Made by a program: the position numbers and the translations under genes
DNA from: Candidatus Omnitrophota bacterium
Lineage (GTDB): Bacteria > Omnitrophota > Gorgyraeia > Tantalellales > Tantalellaceae
Assembly: GCA_014728075.1 (NCBI GenBank)
Contig: WJMG01000027.1
Coordinates: 696 to 64,695 of the forward strand
Length of the DNA stretch: 64,000 bases
Direction: 5' to 3'
The notes under the pieces: model-generated
Databases searched by the model: none
Told to the model about the DNA's origin: nothing
Seen by the model: only the letters and a program-made list of their open reading frames with translations
Shown: positions 19,129-29,452 of the stretch, one piece after another
How positions within the stretch are numbered: position 1 is the stretch's first letter
How the letters are laid out: each line of letters begins with the position of its first letter

Positions 19129-20061
19129 CTAATCGAGAAGATCGCGAAAAAGCCAGGTGCTTAAATACCTTTCTCCGGTATCGCACAGGACCGTTACAAC
19201 GGTCTTGCCCCTGTTCTCTTTCCGTGAAGCGACCTGCAGGCTGGCGGCGAGGTTGGCGCCGGCCGATATGCCCACGAGAAGGCCTTCTTCCCTTGCGGCT
19301 TTACGCGCGTAATCACCCGCCATATCGTCGGAAACAGTTATTATCTCATCTAAAAGCCCTTTTTTCAAGATTTTAGGCACGAACCCCGCCCCTATGCCCT
19401 GTATCTTATGGGGCCCGGGCTCTCCTCCCGAGAGGACATTCGACGCTTCGGGTTCAACTCCTATGACCCTGACACCGGGGATCTCTTCCTTCAGCGCGGA
19501 CCCCACTCCGGTAACGGTCCCGCCTGTACCGATAGCGGCCACGAAAAAGTCTATCTCTCCTCCGGTATCCTCGAGTATCTCACGGGCCGTCGTCCTGTAA
19601 TGTATTTCGGGATTAGCCGGGTTCTCGAATTGCTGAGGCATAAAGGCATTCTCTTTAGAAGAAACTATATCTTCCGCCTTTTCAACCGCTCCCTTCATGC
19701 CCTTTTCCCCGGGAGTAAGGACTATTTCGGCACCGAGTATCCTGAGAAGCGCTCTGCGCTCAACGCTCATAGTATCAGGCATGGTCAGCACGAGATCATA
19801 ACCTCTCGCCGCGCAGACAAAAGCGAGCGCTATGCCGGTATTCCCGCTGGTAGGCTCGACTATAACTGAACCCTTTTCGATCTTCCCTTCCTTTTCGGCC
19901 GCCTCTATCATGGCAAGCCCTATACGGTCTTTCACGCTTGAAAGAGGATTAAAGAACTCGGCCTTACCCAGCACTTCGGCGCCGGTATCCTTCGCGAGCT
20001 TTTTCAACCTTATAAGGGGAGTATTCCCTACTGTCCTTGTTATATCGTCGTATATTTTCAT
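19129..20061 (-). CDS. cysK: Cysteine synthase A (O-acetylserine sulfhydrylase)
   Basis: 310 aa with SVKDR and TSGNTG PLP motifs. Confidence 0.9.
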   Translation of the reverse strand: MKIYDDITRTVGNTPLIRLKKLAKDTGAEVLGKAEFFNPLSSVKDRIGLAMIEAAEKEGKIEKGSVIVEPTSGNTGIALAFVCAARGYDLVLTMPDTMSVERRALLRILGAEIVLTPGEKGMKGAVEKAEDIVSSKENAFMPQQFENPANPEIHYRTTAREILEDTGGEIDFFVAAIGTGGTVTGVGSALKEEIPGVRVIGVEPEASNVLSGGEPGPHKIQGIGAGFVPKILKKGLLDEIITVSDDMAGDYARKAAREEGLLVGISAGANLAASLQVASRKENRGKTVVTVLCDTGERYLSTWLFRDLLD

Positions 20062-20170
20062 GATGGTCTCCTTCTTTCAAGGAAAAGGCACAGGTAGTGG
20101 TATAGATGAATGAGATCCCGCAAATTCCTGTTCCTGCACCTGTACCTTTACCTGTTCCCTGTACCTTGAA

Positions 20171-21478
<1,308 letters not shown>

Positions 21479-21913
21479 TTAAATAATATAATTGAACTCA
21501 TTTCTCGATATTTCCTCATTAAGCCTTGACTTAAGGTCCTTTACGCTTATACACAAAAGGCTGCCGCATATCTTCTTATGCACGGACCTCATGACATCCG
21601 ACAGCACTATGTCTATAGGGTTCCCGGAGCCTTCCGTGTCCGCGCTCATCACTTCCAGTTTCTGATTCGTTTTTTCGAGTATGGCGAGGACAGTCTCGTT
21701 CCCGACATCCCCGGACAGCCTGTATCCGCCCCGCGGCCCCCTTTTACTTTTAAGGTAGCCCGCTTTTTTCAGCCCCAGGAGGACCTGCTCCATTACCTTT
21801 TCCGAGATATCAAGCCTCTGGGACACATCTTTAATGGACAAACTTCCGCTTCTGCTGGAAGCGAAAAGTAATATGGTCTTTATATAGTAGTATCCTTTTT
21901 TGCCTATCAACAT
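21479..21913 (-). CDS. Rrf2-family transcriptional regulator (CymR/IscR-like)
   Basis: 144 aa with an N-terminal wHTH (SLSIKDVSQRLDISEKVMEQVLLGLKKAGYLKSKRGPRGGYRL). It is the first gene of the sulfur-amino-acid operon and has only two Cys (CGSLLC). Confidence 0.8.
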   Translation of the reverse strand: MLIGKKGYYYIKTILLFASSRSGSLSIKDVSQRLDISEKVMEQVLLGLKKAGYLKSKRGPRGGYRLSGDVGNETVLAILEKTNQKLEVMSADTEGSGNPIDIVLSDVMRSVHKKICGSLLCISVKDLKSRLNEEISRNEFNYII

Positions 21914-21958
21914 GATAAAAAAGTCCTAAATTATCCTATTTCCCTGTAGACAACTAGT

Positions 21959-21987
21959 AGAATATCATATCTTTGCGCTGATGTCAA
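21959..21987 (-). promoter_or_regulatory. sigma70-type promoter of Rrf2-metY-cysK-metX-metW operon
   Basis: On the coding strand, TTGACA is followed by a 17-nt spacer and TATTCT. An ACTAGT palindrome lies just downstream. Confidence 0.5.
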
Positions 21988-22104
21988 CAGATCATCTGGC
22001 ACATCCTCGCGGCTTAAGCCTCCGTAAACCTTATTTTCACGCCCCGCCCTTTCAGCCCGAAAACGGAACGGCTTACCGGAGCTCCTCACTCTACGGTTCC
22101 AATG

Positions 22105-22135
22105 TATAAAAAAGGCCCGCGAAAAGCGGGCCCGT
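22105..22135 (-). terminator. Rho-independent terminator after metallophosphoesterase gene
   Basis: GGCCCGC, loop gaaaa, GCGGGCC, with a T-run on the minus strand. Confidence 0.6.
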
Positions 22136-22159
22136 GAAAAGTTCGTGCGCGGCAGGATC

Positions 22160-23173
22160 TCACCAGGACCAGTATTCCCTGTCGTTAAGGTCTTTCACCC
22201 GCATGGGCTGCATTTCGGTATTGCGTCCGACAATATAACCTGACCCGTAAAAATTTCGGACCCAGTAGACCACTTCTTTCCAGAAATAATATACAACATA
22301 TTCCCACAACGGCGGAGACACTCTCCTGACCTCATAAGTAACATAGTCGTTGTTCACCATGACCCTGATATAGTGAAGGAACCCTCCGTCCGCTTCCGGG
22401 ATCTCTATAAGCATTCCGCCGCCGCCCGTGGTGATGTAATCGACACCGTCGAAGACCTGGTGGTCGTACATGTGCTTGTGCCCGGCAAAGACCATGTCGA
22501 CCTTGTATTCTCCGCAGAGCTTCCTGAAACGGTAGGACCAGGGACTGTTATCCTCGTTATACCACTCCTGCTGATAAGGATCGTACGGCGGCTTATGCAT
22601 GGCTATAAAAATATGATCGTACTTCTCTCCCGCCTTGAGATGCTCTTCAAGCCAGGCGAACTGGGTGTCGCTGAGGGCTCCGTCCTCGTTGTCCAATACT
22701 ATGAAGTACGAATTCCTGTTCGCGAAAGCGAACTCTTTATTGCCGCAATATTCGTCAAAAAGCTTCCTGTCGTCGTGGTTACCGATAGCGGTTATGACGG
22801 GATATTTTATCAGCCGCTGGACCTTTTTCCACGCCTCAAACTGCGACCGCGACCCGTCCAGCGTAACATCCCCCACTCCCAGGACAAAGTCGATGGGGAC
22901 TTTCCTGAAACGGTCTTCCCTGTTCATGTGCCAGATCTCTTTCATCGCGGCGGCATCGTTAAAGATGAGGCCGGCGTGATTATCCCCGAAGACAATGAAA
23001 GAGAAGTACACACCCTCGTTATCCACCAGTTTCAGCACATTCGCCTGGTTGTTGTCATCGAGCGGGGCGCCTTTCATGAACCAGAAATGGAACATGGGCA
23101 GAAAGGAATAGGCCACAGCCCCGATGAAAACATATATAAGTATTTTCCTGAACCTTCTCGTTCTTCTTCCCAT
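22160..23173 (-). CDS. Membrane-anchored calcineurin-like metallophosphoesterase
   Basis: It has GDNHAG, GNHD and GHKH metallophosphatase motifs and an N-terminal TM helix. Confidence 0.7.
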   Translation of the reverse strand: MGRRTRRFRKILIYVFIGAVAYSFLPMFHFWFMKGAPLDDNNQANVLKLVDNEGVYFSFIVFGDNHAGLIFNDAAAMKEIWHMNREDRFRKVPIDFVLGVGDVTLDGSRSQFEAWKKVQRLIKYPVITAIGNHDDRKLFDEYCGNKEFAFANRNSYFIVLDNEDGALSDTQFAWLEEHLKAGEKYDHIFIAMHKPPYDPYQQEWYNEDNSPWSYRFRKLCGEYKVDMVFAGHKHMYDHQVFDGVDYITTGGGGMLIEIPEADGGFLHYIRVMVNNDYVTYEVRRVSPPLWEYVVYYFWKEVVYWVRNFYGSGYIVGRNTEMQPMRVKDLNDREYWSW

Positions 23174-23193
23174 TTAATGTCCTTTCAGCGTCC

Positions 23194-23679
23194 CTATTCC
23201 GGGGATATATCCCTTACTTCGTATGAGAGCGTCCCGGCAGGCACCTCGATCTCTATCCGGTCCCCGACCTTATGCCCCACGATCGCCCGCCCTACAGGGG
23301 AAGAAACGGATATCTTGTCGGCGTCAAAATCCGATTCCTCCTCGGAAACGAGCATGTAGCTGAACTCTTCGCCGGACTCCAGGTCCTTGAGCTTTACGGT
23401 CATTCCAAGCCTCGCCTCGTCTCCGGAAAGAGTGGAACTGTCTATTATATTGGCCCTCGAGAGAACATCCTCAAGATCGGCGATACGCTTTTCGTTCATG
23501 GCCTGCTCTTCCTTGGCGGCATCGTATTCGGCGTTCTCGCTCAGGTCCCCCTGAGCACGGGCCTCGCTCAGCGCCCTGGCTATCTCCCTGCGCTTGGGGC
23601 CTTTAAGATATTCTAGTTCCTCGAGTTTCTTATTATAACCTTCACGGGTCAAAGCAACTCTTCCGTCCCCCATTCTCAT
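23194..23679 (-). CDS. greA: Transcription elongation factor GreA
   Basis: 161 aa with a coiled-coil N-terminus (GDLSENAEYDAAKEEQ) and an FKBP-like C-terminus. Confidence 0.9.
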   Translation of the reverse strand: MRMGDGRVALTREGYNKKLEELEYLKGPKRREIARALSEARAQGDLSENAEYDAAKEEQAMNEKRIADLEDVLSRANIIDSSTLSGDEARLGMTVKLKDLESGEEFSYMLVSEEESDFDADKISVSSPVGRAIVGHKVGDRIEIEVPAGTLSYEVRDISPE

Positions 23680-23939
23680 ACCTCCCTCCTGCTCCGGTAC
23701 TTTGGACTTACCTGATAGATGTTTTCATTCAAGTTGTAATTATATAGCATGAATAGCCCTATTACAAATGTTAATTCAATACATCCCCGGTGACAAGCCG
23801 GGTCTCCGGAGGAAAAAGCACAAAAGCCCCCCTTTTGTAAAAAATGAAATAGTTAGTTTTGATATCTTGCTTTTTGTATTTTTATCATTAAAATTGAAGT
23901 TGAGTATCGGGAACAGTTCTTTCTTAGAAGAAAAGTCAA

Positions 23940-24028
23940 AACGAAAAGGCAAACTATCCGAAAGGATAGGACAGCAAAGTCGCGAGCCTACTTTCCTTAA
24001 CCGGGATACGGCAGTCGGACTACCGAAT
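23940..24028 (+). promoter_or_regulatory. Candidate c-di-GMP-I (GEMM) riboswitch aptamer
   Basis: GGCAAAC, then a CUAUCC-GAAA-GGAUAG hairpin, then GGACAGCAAAGUC ... GGCAGUCGGACUACCGAA. This matches the conserved GEMM-I core (GGCAAACC, P1b with GAAA loop, GGACGCAAAGCC, 3' GGCAGCCGGGUUACCGA). It lies in the 5' leader of the GH gene at 24122. Confidence 0.6.
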
Positions 24029-24058
24029 TTTGAGGACCCCTTTTTGGGACTCTCATAG

Positions 24059-24099
24059 CCCTATCGGATAGTTACCTTTTCAGTCTGGTAGGGTTTTTT
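24059..24099 (+). terminator. Putative riboswitch expression-platform terminator
   Basis: CCCTAT, a 24-nt loop and GTAGGG (with a G-U wobble), followed by TTTTTT. An AGGAGG RBS lies 6 nt before the ATG. Confidence 0.4.
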
Positions 24100-24121
24100 A
24101 TTTTGAAAGGAGGTTTCAAAA

Positions 24122-25222
24122 ATGGGGATTAAAAGGATTTTCAACAAAATAGCGGCTCTCGCGACCGTATGCTGTTTCGTAATATCGGGAATGACCGGTA
24201 CCGTGACAGCCTTTTCCGAAACCGCTCTTATGCCGCTTCAAAAAGGCATGTGCTATGTGACCTGGGACAGGGACCGTTTCGCAACACAATATTCCGACAA
24301 TTCACTTACAAAGCTCTCAGAGATGGGAGTCGAGTACATTTCACTTTGCGTGACCGAGTATCAGGAAAAATACAACTCGACACGCATAGAGGAAACGGAC
24401 AAAACACCCAGCTCCAGAAGCGTAAAGCATGTTATAAGGAAAGCACACGACCTCGGCATGAAGGTCATGCTCAAACCGCACATCGACCTTATTGACAAGT
24501 TCGACGGCACTTACTGGAGAGCGGACATCGGGTTCGCGACCGAAAAAGACTGGGAAGAATGGTTCGAGGAATACGAAGACTTCATAATCAAATACGCCAA
24601 GATCGCCCAGAGATGTAAAGTGGATATATTCTGCGTGGGGACCGAGCTGTCTTTCACCGCCCAGAAAGAGGATAAATGGCGCGAGATAATAGCAAAGGTC
24701 AAAAAGATCTATGACGGGAAACTGGTCTATGCCGCCAACTGGGATAATTTCAAGAACATAGGTTTCTGGGACGAAATGGACTATGTGGGTATAGACGCCT
24801 ATTTCCCCCTCTCCTATGACCCGGATCCGTCGATGGAAGACCTGAAAAAGGGTTGGGAAAAATGGAAAAAGGACATTGCCTACTGGCAGAGCCAGATAAA
24901 CAAACCGATAATATTCACCGAACTCGGGTACGCCTCGACAGCTCACGCGCCTTACTCTCCCTGGAAAGGGGGCTATAGCGGTAACGCTGACCCTGAAATA
25001 CAGGCCAAATGCTACAAAGCTTTCTTTGACACGGTCTGGAAAGAACCATGGTTCGCGGGTGTGTACTGGTGGAAGTGGGACACTAACACAAGGGCCGGAG
25101 GAGAACATAACAGGCAGTTCACTCCTCAGAACAAGCCCGCACAGCGTATAATAGAGGCTAACTACAAAGGCATGCCCGGAGATTCGGACTACGCAATGAT
25201 AAAAGCCGAAGATCAACGGTAG
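24122..25222 (+). CDS. Secreted clan GH-A (TIM-barrel) glycoside hydrolase, beta-mannanase-like, paralog 1
   Basis: It has a signal peptide and GH-A catalytic pair candidates, CVGTELS (acid/base) and IFTELGY (nucleophile). It is 60-70% identical to the adjacent paralog by eye. Confidence 0.65.
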   Translation: MGIKRIFNKIAALATVCCFVISGMTGTVTAFSETALMPLQKGMCYVTWDRDRFATQYSDNSLTKLSEMGVEYISLCVTEYQEKYNSTRIEETDKTPSSRSVKHVIRKAHDLGMKVMLKPHIDLIDKFDGTYWRADIGFATEKDWEEWFEEYEDFIIKYAKIAQRCKVDIFCVGTELSFTAQKEDKWREIIAKVKKIYDGKLVYAANWDNFKNIGFWDEMDYVGIDAYFPLSYDPDPSMEDLKKGWEKWKKDIAYWQSQINKPIIFTELGYASTAHAPYSPWKGGYSGNADPEIQAKCYKAFFDTVWKEPWFAGVYWWKWDTNTRAGGEHNRQFTPQNKPAQRIIEANYKGMPGDSDYAMIKAEDQR

Positions 25223-25242
25223 AGCGATAATATATGTCACGC

Positions 25243-25277
25243 AAAAAAGCAGCGGCATTAGCCGCTGCTTTTTTTTG
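25243..25277 (+). terminator. Rho-independent terminator
   Basis: AGCAGCGGC, loop atta, GCCGCTGCT, then TTTTTTTT. Confidence 0.7.
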
Positions 25278-25335
25278 CCCTGCCCTCTCCTGATCGGCGG
25301 GCAAAAAATGGATCTCTTGGTTAAGATAATAAAAG

Positions 25336-25364
25336 TTGACTTATACGGGCTTACATTTTATAAT
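25336..25364 (+). promoter_or_regulatory. Consensus sigma70 promoter for GH paralog 2
   Basis: TTGACT, a 17-nt spacer, then TATAAT. Confidence 0.6.
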
Positions 25365-25461
25365 GCCAATGCGTTCACAGTAAAAAAATAAATAGTTTGC
25401 ACACATTTCCCGTCCCCTCGGATCTGGAGGGTGGGAGCAACAAGGGACGGAGTGGAACATT

Positions 25462-26568
25462 ATGGAGGTCTATACATCAGGCTTAGCCGGGAAGCTTAAA
25501 TCTTTTCTTTTATTTTTTGTATCGATACTGAGCCTTTCTTTTTTAACCCCTGATCCGGTCGTTTCGAACAGTTTTGAGATACCGTATCTCCAAAAAGGGC
25601 TCTGTTACGCGACATGGGACAAGGACAGGTTCCTTTCCCCCTATTCCGACATGTCCCTCAAGGAACTTGCCGGCACCGGAGCCGACTTTGTACAGATAAT
25701 AGTCACGCAATACCAGGAAAATCCAGATTCTACGGACATCAGAAGAACGGAACATACCCCGAGCGACAAAAGCCTCGTTCACGCCATCAAAAAAGCACAG
25801 GCCAACGGCCTCAAGGTAATGCTCAAGCCTCACATTGACCTGATAAACAATTCCGGAAATTTATATCACAGGGCCGATATAGGCTTTGCCCGCGAAAAAG
25901 ACTGGCGGGAGTGGTTCGATTCTTACAGTAAGTTCATCCTGCATTACGCCCGCATAGCCGAGGCCACCGGCGTGAACATCTTCTGCGTCGGCACCGAACT
26001 TTCCTTCACCACCCAGAAGAACGACCTCTGGGAAAAAAAGGTTATCTTTCCGGTCAGAGAAATATATAAAGGAAAGCTCATATACGCGGCCAACTGGGAC
26101 AATTATTCCATGGTAGAATTCTGGGACGAACTGGACTATGTGGGGATAGACGCATACTTTCCCTTGACGGCGGAACCGGACCCGTCCGTCAGCGAACTGT
26201 CACGCGGCTGGAAAAGATGGCAACATGAGCTTGCCGGATGGCAATCATACATCGGAAAACCTGTGATCTTCACCGAAATAGGATACCCCAGCGCGGCGCA
26301 CGCGGGGTACGAACCCTGGAAAAGCGGTTATACCGGCAACGCCGACCCGGAACTCCAGGCAAGATGCTATAAAGCTTTTTTCAATACCGTATGGGGGTCC
26401 CCCTGGCTGAAAGGCGTATACTGGTGGAAATGGGATACCAGCGTTTACGCGGGCGGAAAGAACAACAGGCAGTTCACCCCGCAGAACAAACCCGCCGAAA
26501 AGATCCTGAAAGAGAACTACCGCATACCCCAGCGGCATCGAAGATTCATTATAGCCCGGGACGACTAG
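25462..26568 (+). CDS. Secreted clan GH-A glycoside hydrolase, paralog 2 (tandem duplicate)
   Basis: It has a signal peptide and the same FCVGTELS / IFTEIGY motifs. It is collinear with paralog 1 along its full length. Confidence 0.65.
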   Translation: MEVYTSGLAGKLKSFLLFFVSILSLSFLTPDPVVSNSFEIPYLQKGLCYATWDKDRFLSPYSDMSLKELAGTGADFVQIIVTQYQENPDSTDIRRTEHTPSDKSLVHAIKKAQANGLKVMLKPHIDLINNSGNLYHRADIGFAREKDWREWFDSYSKFILHYARIAEATGVNIFCVGTELSFTTQKNDLWEKKVIFPVREIYKGKLIYAANWDNYSMVEFWDELDYVGIDAYFPLTAEPDPSVSELSRGWKRWQHELAGWQSYIGKPVIFTEIGYPSAAHAGYEPWKSGYTGNADPELQARCYKAFFNTVWGSPWLKGVYWWKWDTSVYAGGKNNRQFTPQNKPAEKILKENYRIPQRHRRFIIARDD

Positions 26569-26587
26569 AAGAAATTTTCGGACAAAA

Positions 26588-26614
26588 CAAGGGCCGGGCA
26601 ATGCCCGGCCCCTT
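26588..26614 (-). terminator. Hairpin terminator (GGGCCGGGC aat GCCCGGCCC)
   Basis: A GC hairpin with a T-rich tract on the minus strand. It may also end the plus-strand GH transcript. Confidence 0.5.
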
Positions 26615-26640
26615 ATAAACTCCTCTTATACCACCGGCCG

Positions 26641-27099
26641 CTATTCTTTTTGCTTTTTGTCCGGCGATCCCGGATCGATACCCCATTCTATTAGTTTTCC
26701 TTCAGGCCCGAAGATCAGATAGACCTTCTCGCCGGTGAAAAAATCAGAAGAGGCCGCTTTGTAAACCCATCTCACTTCCCCCGCCTTTTCCCCGGGGATC
26801 TCCACCACCGGTTCACCGAAGTCTTTTTTCACCTCAAAAGCGGCAGCCCCTTTTCTCAGGGCTTCGTGCTCGACCGCCTTTTTGACCTCTTTAAAGCTCC
26901 GGGTCTCTTCCCTGTATTCCCTTTCCATCTTTCCCCTGTCTCCGGAAAGCTCCATAAGAGCGCCGACGCCATGCTTGGATTTTACCCACTTCTTTTTTTT
27001 GCCGCCTCCGAAGAAAGCGTCCGCGCTTTCGGGAAAGACACTCGCCAAAAGGAATGTCAAGGCCGCCACAGCGGAAATTATCCTGGATCCGGTAACCAT
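26641..27099 (-). CDS. Hypothetical secreted protein
   Basis: 152 aa with a signal peptide (AVAALTFLLASVFPESADA). Confidence 0.45.
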   Translation of the reverse strand: MVTGSRIISAVAALTFLLASVFPESADAFFGGGKKKKWVKSKHGVGALMELSGDRGKMEREYREETRSFKEVKKAVEHEALRKGAAAFEVKKDFGEPVVEIPGEKAGEVRWVYKAASSDFFTGEKVYLIFGPEGKLIEWGIDPGSPDKKQKE

Positions 27100-27120
27100 T
27101 ATCTCTCACCGCCCCGGTTT

Positions 27121-27291
27121 CTATTTCTTTTTTTTGTCCTTACCGCGGCTTTCGACCAGGGCCTTTTCCAGAATTGTCCTGAAATGGTTCAGTTCGGACC
27201 TGGAAAGCAGAAAATGGGCCCTGAGTTTTTTTTCTACTATCTGTATCTCGAAAGTATCCGCTTCTTTCTTATATCTGACATTTATCTTCAT
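27121..27291 (-). CDS. Hypothetical small protein (56 aa)
   Basis: Internal start MKINVRYKK has a GGAG RBS. Sequence is Lys-rich, with no family recognised. Confidence 0.3.
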   Translation of the reverse strand: MKINVRYKKEADTFEIQIVEKKLRAHFLLSRSELNHFRTILEKALVESRGKDKKKK

Positions 27292-27409
27292 ATCGCTCCG
27301 GCAGAAACATAAAAGTTGATCAGGCCCCGTCGGGCTCGCTAACGGCACTCGCCGTTACGCCTTAAAAATTATTTCAGATCCCGGCAGAGTTTATCCGCGG
27401 CCGGGCCTG

Positions 27410-28732
27410 CTACAACAGCTCGGCGGCAAGGGACGCCAGAGGGCTCCTCTCGCTTCTTTCAAGTGTTATGTGTCCGTACATCTTCTGCCCCTTCATCTTT
27501 TCAACACAATAAGCGAGACCGTTGCTCGAAGAATCGAGATAGGGACTGTCTATCTGGTACGGATCGCCCGTAAGCACCATTTTAGTGGCGTTGCCGGCCC
27601 GGCTTATAACCGTCTTAACCTCGTGCGGGGTCATGTTCTGGACCTCGTCTATTATTATGAACCTGTTGGGGATGCTTCTTCCCCTCATAAAGGTCATGGC
27701 TTCAAGCTCGATTATCTCTTCCTTGATGTACCTGTCTATCTGTGTTTTTGCCTGTATTTTTATGTTCCTGTCTTTTCTGTCGGAATTTACGATGTATTCG
27801 AGATTATCGAAAATGGGGCCCATCCAGCTTTCGAGTTTTTCTTCTTTTGTCCCGGGAAGATATCCGATATCCTTACCTACAGGCATTACCGGCCGGGATA
27901 TGAGCATGCCCTCGTATTTTTTCTCTTTTGTGACCTTCTGCAGTCCGGCAGCGAGAGCAAGCAGCGTCTTGCCCGTGCCGGCGGGTCCCAGGAGGGTCAC
28001 CAGGGATACCTCGTCGTTAAGAAGAAGTTCCATCGCCATTGCCTGCTCCTTGTTCCTGGGACGAATGGACATTATATTGCTTTTGTTGAAAATAAGGGGA
28101 ATGAGCGATTCGCCCTCTTCCCTGTACCTGCCGATCGCAGTATGCTTCGGGTTCTCGTTATCCACGAGAAGAGCGAACTCGTTAGCGAAGAAATTTCTTC
28201 CGTCCACCTTATGTTCTTTCTTCTTGTACAATTCATCTATAGCTTCTTTCGTAGTTGAAATGGAATGCCACCCCAGATAAAGCTCGTCTATCTCGACCTT
28301 CTCTTTTTCATAATCTACGCTCGTAAGGCCTATGGCGTCGGCTTTTATCCTGGCGTTAATATCTTTGGAAACAAAAATAACATTTTCGCCTTTCTGCTTC
28401 AGCATGTATCCGGTAAGAAGGATACGGTTATCCACTACGCTGTCGGAAAGCCCCAGGTCAACCACATCAGTGAAATCTATCCCGGTCAATATCTTGAGCC
28501 TGCCTCCGCCGCCGAGAGGATACCCCTCGCCCGGCTTGCCTTTTTGCCTGAGGGCGTCAAGTGTCCTTATCGCTTCCCTGGCGTTACGCCCTTTCTCGTC
28601 ATGGCTGCTCTTGAAACGATCAAGCTCCTCGAGCACTTCTATAGGCAAAAGCACGGTATTGTCTTCGAACGATTCCAGTGAATGGGGATTGTGGAGTATG
28701 ACGTTGGTATCAAGCACAAATGTCTTTTTCAA
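27410..28732 (-). CDS. PIN-domain + PhoH-like ATPase (YlaK family)
   Basis: It has an N-terminal PIN fold (LDTNVILHNP) and a PhoH-type P-loop (GPAGTGKT). Confidence 0.8.
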   Translation of the reverse strand: MKKTFVLDTNVILHNPHSLESFEDNTVLLPIEVLEELDRFKSSHDEKGRNAREAIRTLDALRQKGKPGEGYPLGGGGRLKILTGIDFTDVVDLGLSDSVVDNRILLTGYMLKQKGENVIFVSKDINARIKADAIGLTSVDYEKEKVEIDELYLGWHSISTTKEAIDELYKKKEHKVDGRNFFANEFALLVDNENPKHTAIGRYREEGESLIPLIFNKSNIMSIRPRNKEQAMAMELLLNDEVSLVTLLGPAGTGKTLLALAAGLQKVTKEKKYEGMLISRPVMPVGKDIGYLPGTKEEKLESWMGPIFDNLEYIVNSDRKDRNIKIQAKTQIDRYIKEEIIELEAMTFMRGRSIPNRFIIIDEVQNMTPHEVKTVISRAGNATKMVLTGDPYQIDSPYLDSSSNGLAYCVEKMKGQKMYGHITLERSERSPLASLAAELL

Positions 28733-28765
28733 AATATTCTCCGATCCTTATCTGGGGCACGGTTC

Positions 28766-29254
28766 TTACAGTTTGTTGACCAGGCCGGCGAACCTCCTGC
28801 CCATTTCCCGGCACTGAGCGGCGGCTCTTTCATCGGGAGCACCTATGGAGACGGGACCGTAATGGTCTCCTTTCTCATTACCCTGAACTATCATCCCGTG
28901 TATAAGCCACGCGCTGAGGATACTGAGTACGGTGGTTTCGTTCCCGCCGCCTATGTTCGCCGCCGAGGTGAAAGCGCTTCCCGCTTTACCCGCGAGCTTG
29001 CCGTGGTATTTCACGGACTCGTCTATCACCTTTTTAGCCTCATAGGCGAGAGTGCCGTAGTATGTGGGAGATCCCATGATTATACCGTCGTAGTCAAGCA
29101 GGCTCCCGGCGTCAAAACCCTCCACACTTCTTACATCGTGATCGGCCACGCCCGCCTCCGCCACGCCTTCTCCTATGAGCCTGGCCATCCTCTCCGTCGA
29201 TCCGGTCCTCGAGTAATATAATATTAGTATTCTTTTTCTCTTCTCTTCAGCCAT
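28766..29254 (-). CDS. Flavodoxin-like fold FMN protein (WrbA/NADPH-dependent FMN reductase-like)
   Basis: It has the ILILYYSRTGSTE flavodoxin signature. Confidence 0.65.
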   Translation of the reverse strand: MAEEKRKRILILYYSRTGSTERMARLIGEGVAEAGVADHDVRSVEGFDAGSLLDYDGIIMGSPTYYGTLAYEAKKVIDESVKYHGKLAGKAGSAFTSAANIGGGNETTVLSILSAWLIHGMIVQGNEKGDHYGPVSIGAPDERAAAQCREMGRRFAGLVNKL

Positions 29255-29452
29255 AATCCCTCCCCAGGTATGGTAGCGACCGTGATTATAATATCATATT
29301 TCCGGACTTTCGGCTATATTTTGGGCTTCCTTCTTTCGGAAAGCCTCCTTCATGCCCGGCTGTCCGGACATTTACTTACGCGGCCCGTCCGTCCGCTTTA
29401 CACATTAAAAGGCGTCCCCTTCCGGCAATAGCCGCCGCTCCTGAGCGCCGGA

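Noticed and set aside
21914-22104. SAM riboswitch upstream of the Rrf2-metY operon
   Set aside because: I looked for S-box or SAM-II conserved segments in the leader and found none. The leader is a short ~45-nt UTR behind TTGACA-17-TATTCT, so regulation is more likely by the Rrf2 protein.
22373-23359. 328-aa plus-strand ORF
   Set aside because: It spans the metallophosphoesterase and greA genes in antisense and has no RBS.
24341-25258. 305-aa minus-strand ORF
   Set aside because: It is antisense to the secreted GH paralog 1, which has a signal peptide and catalytic motifs.
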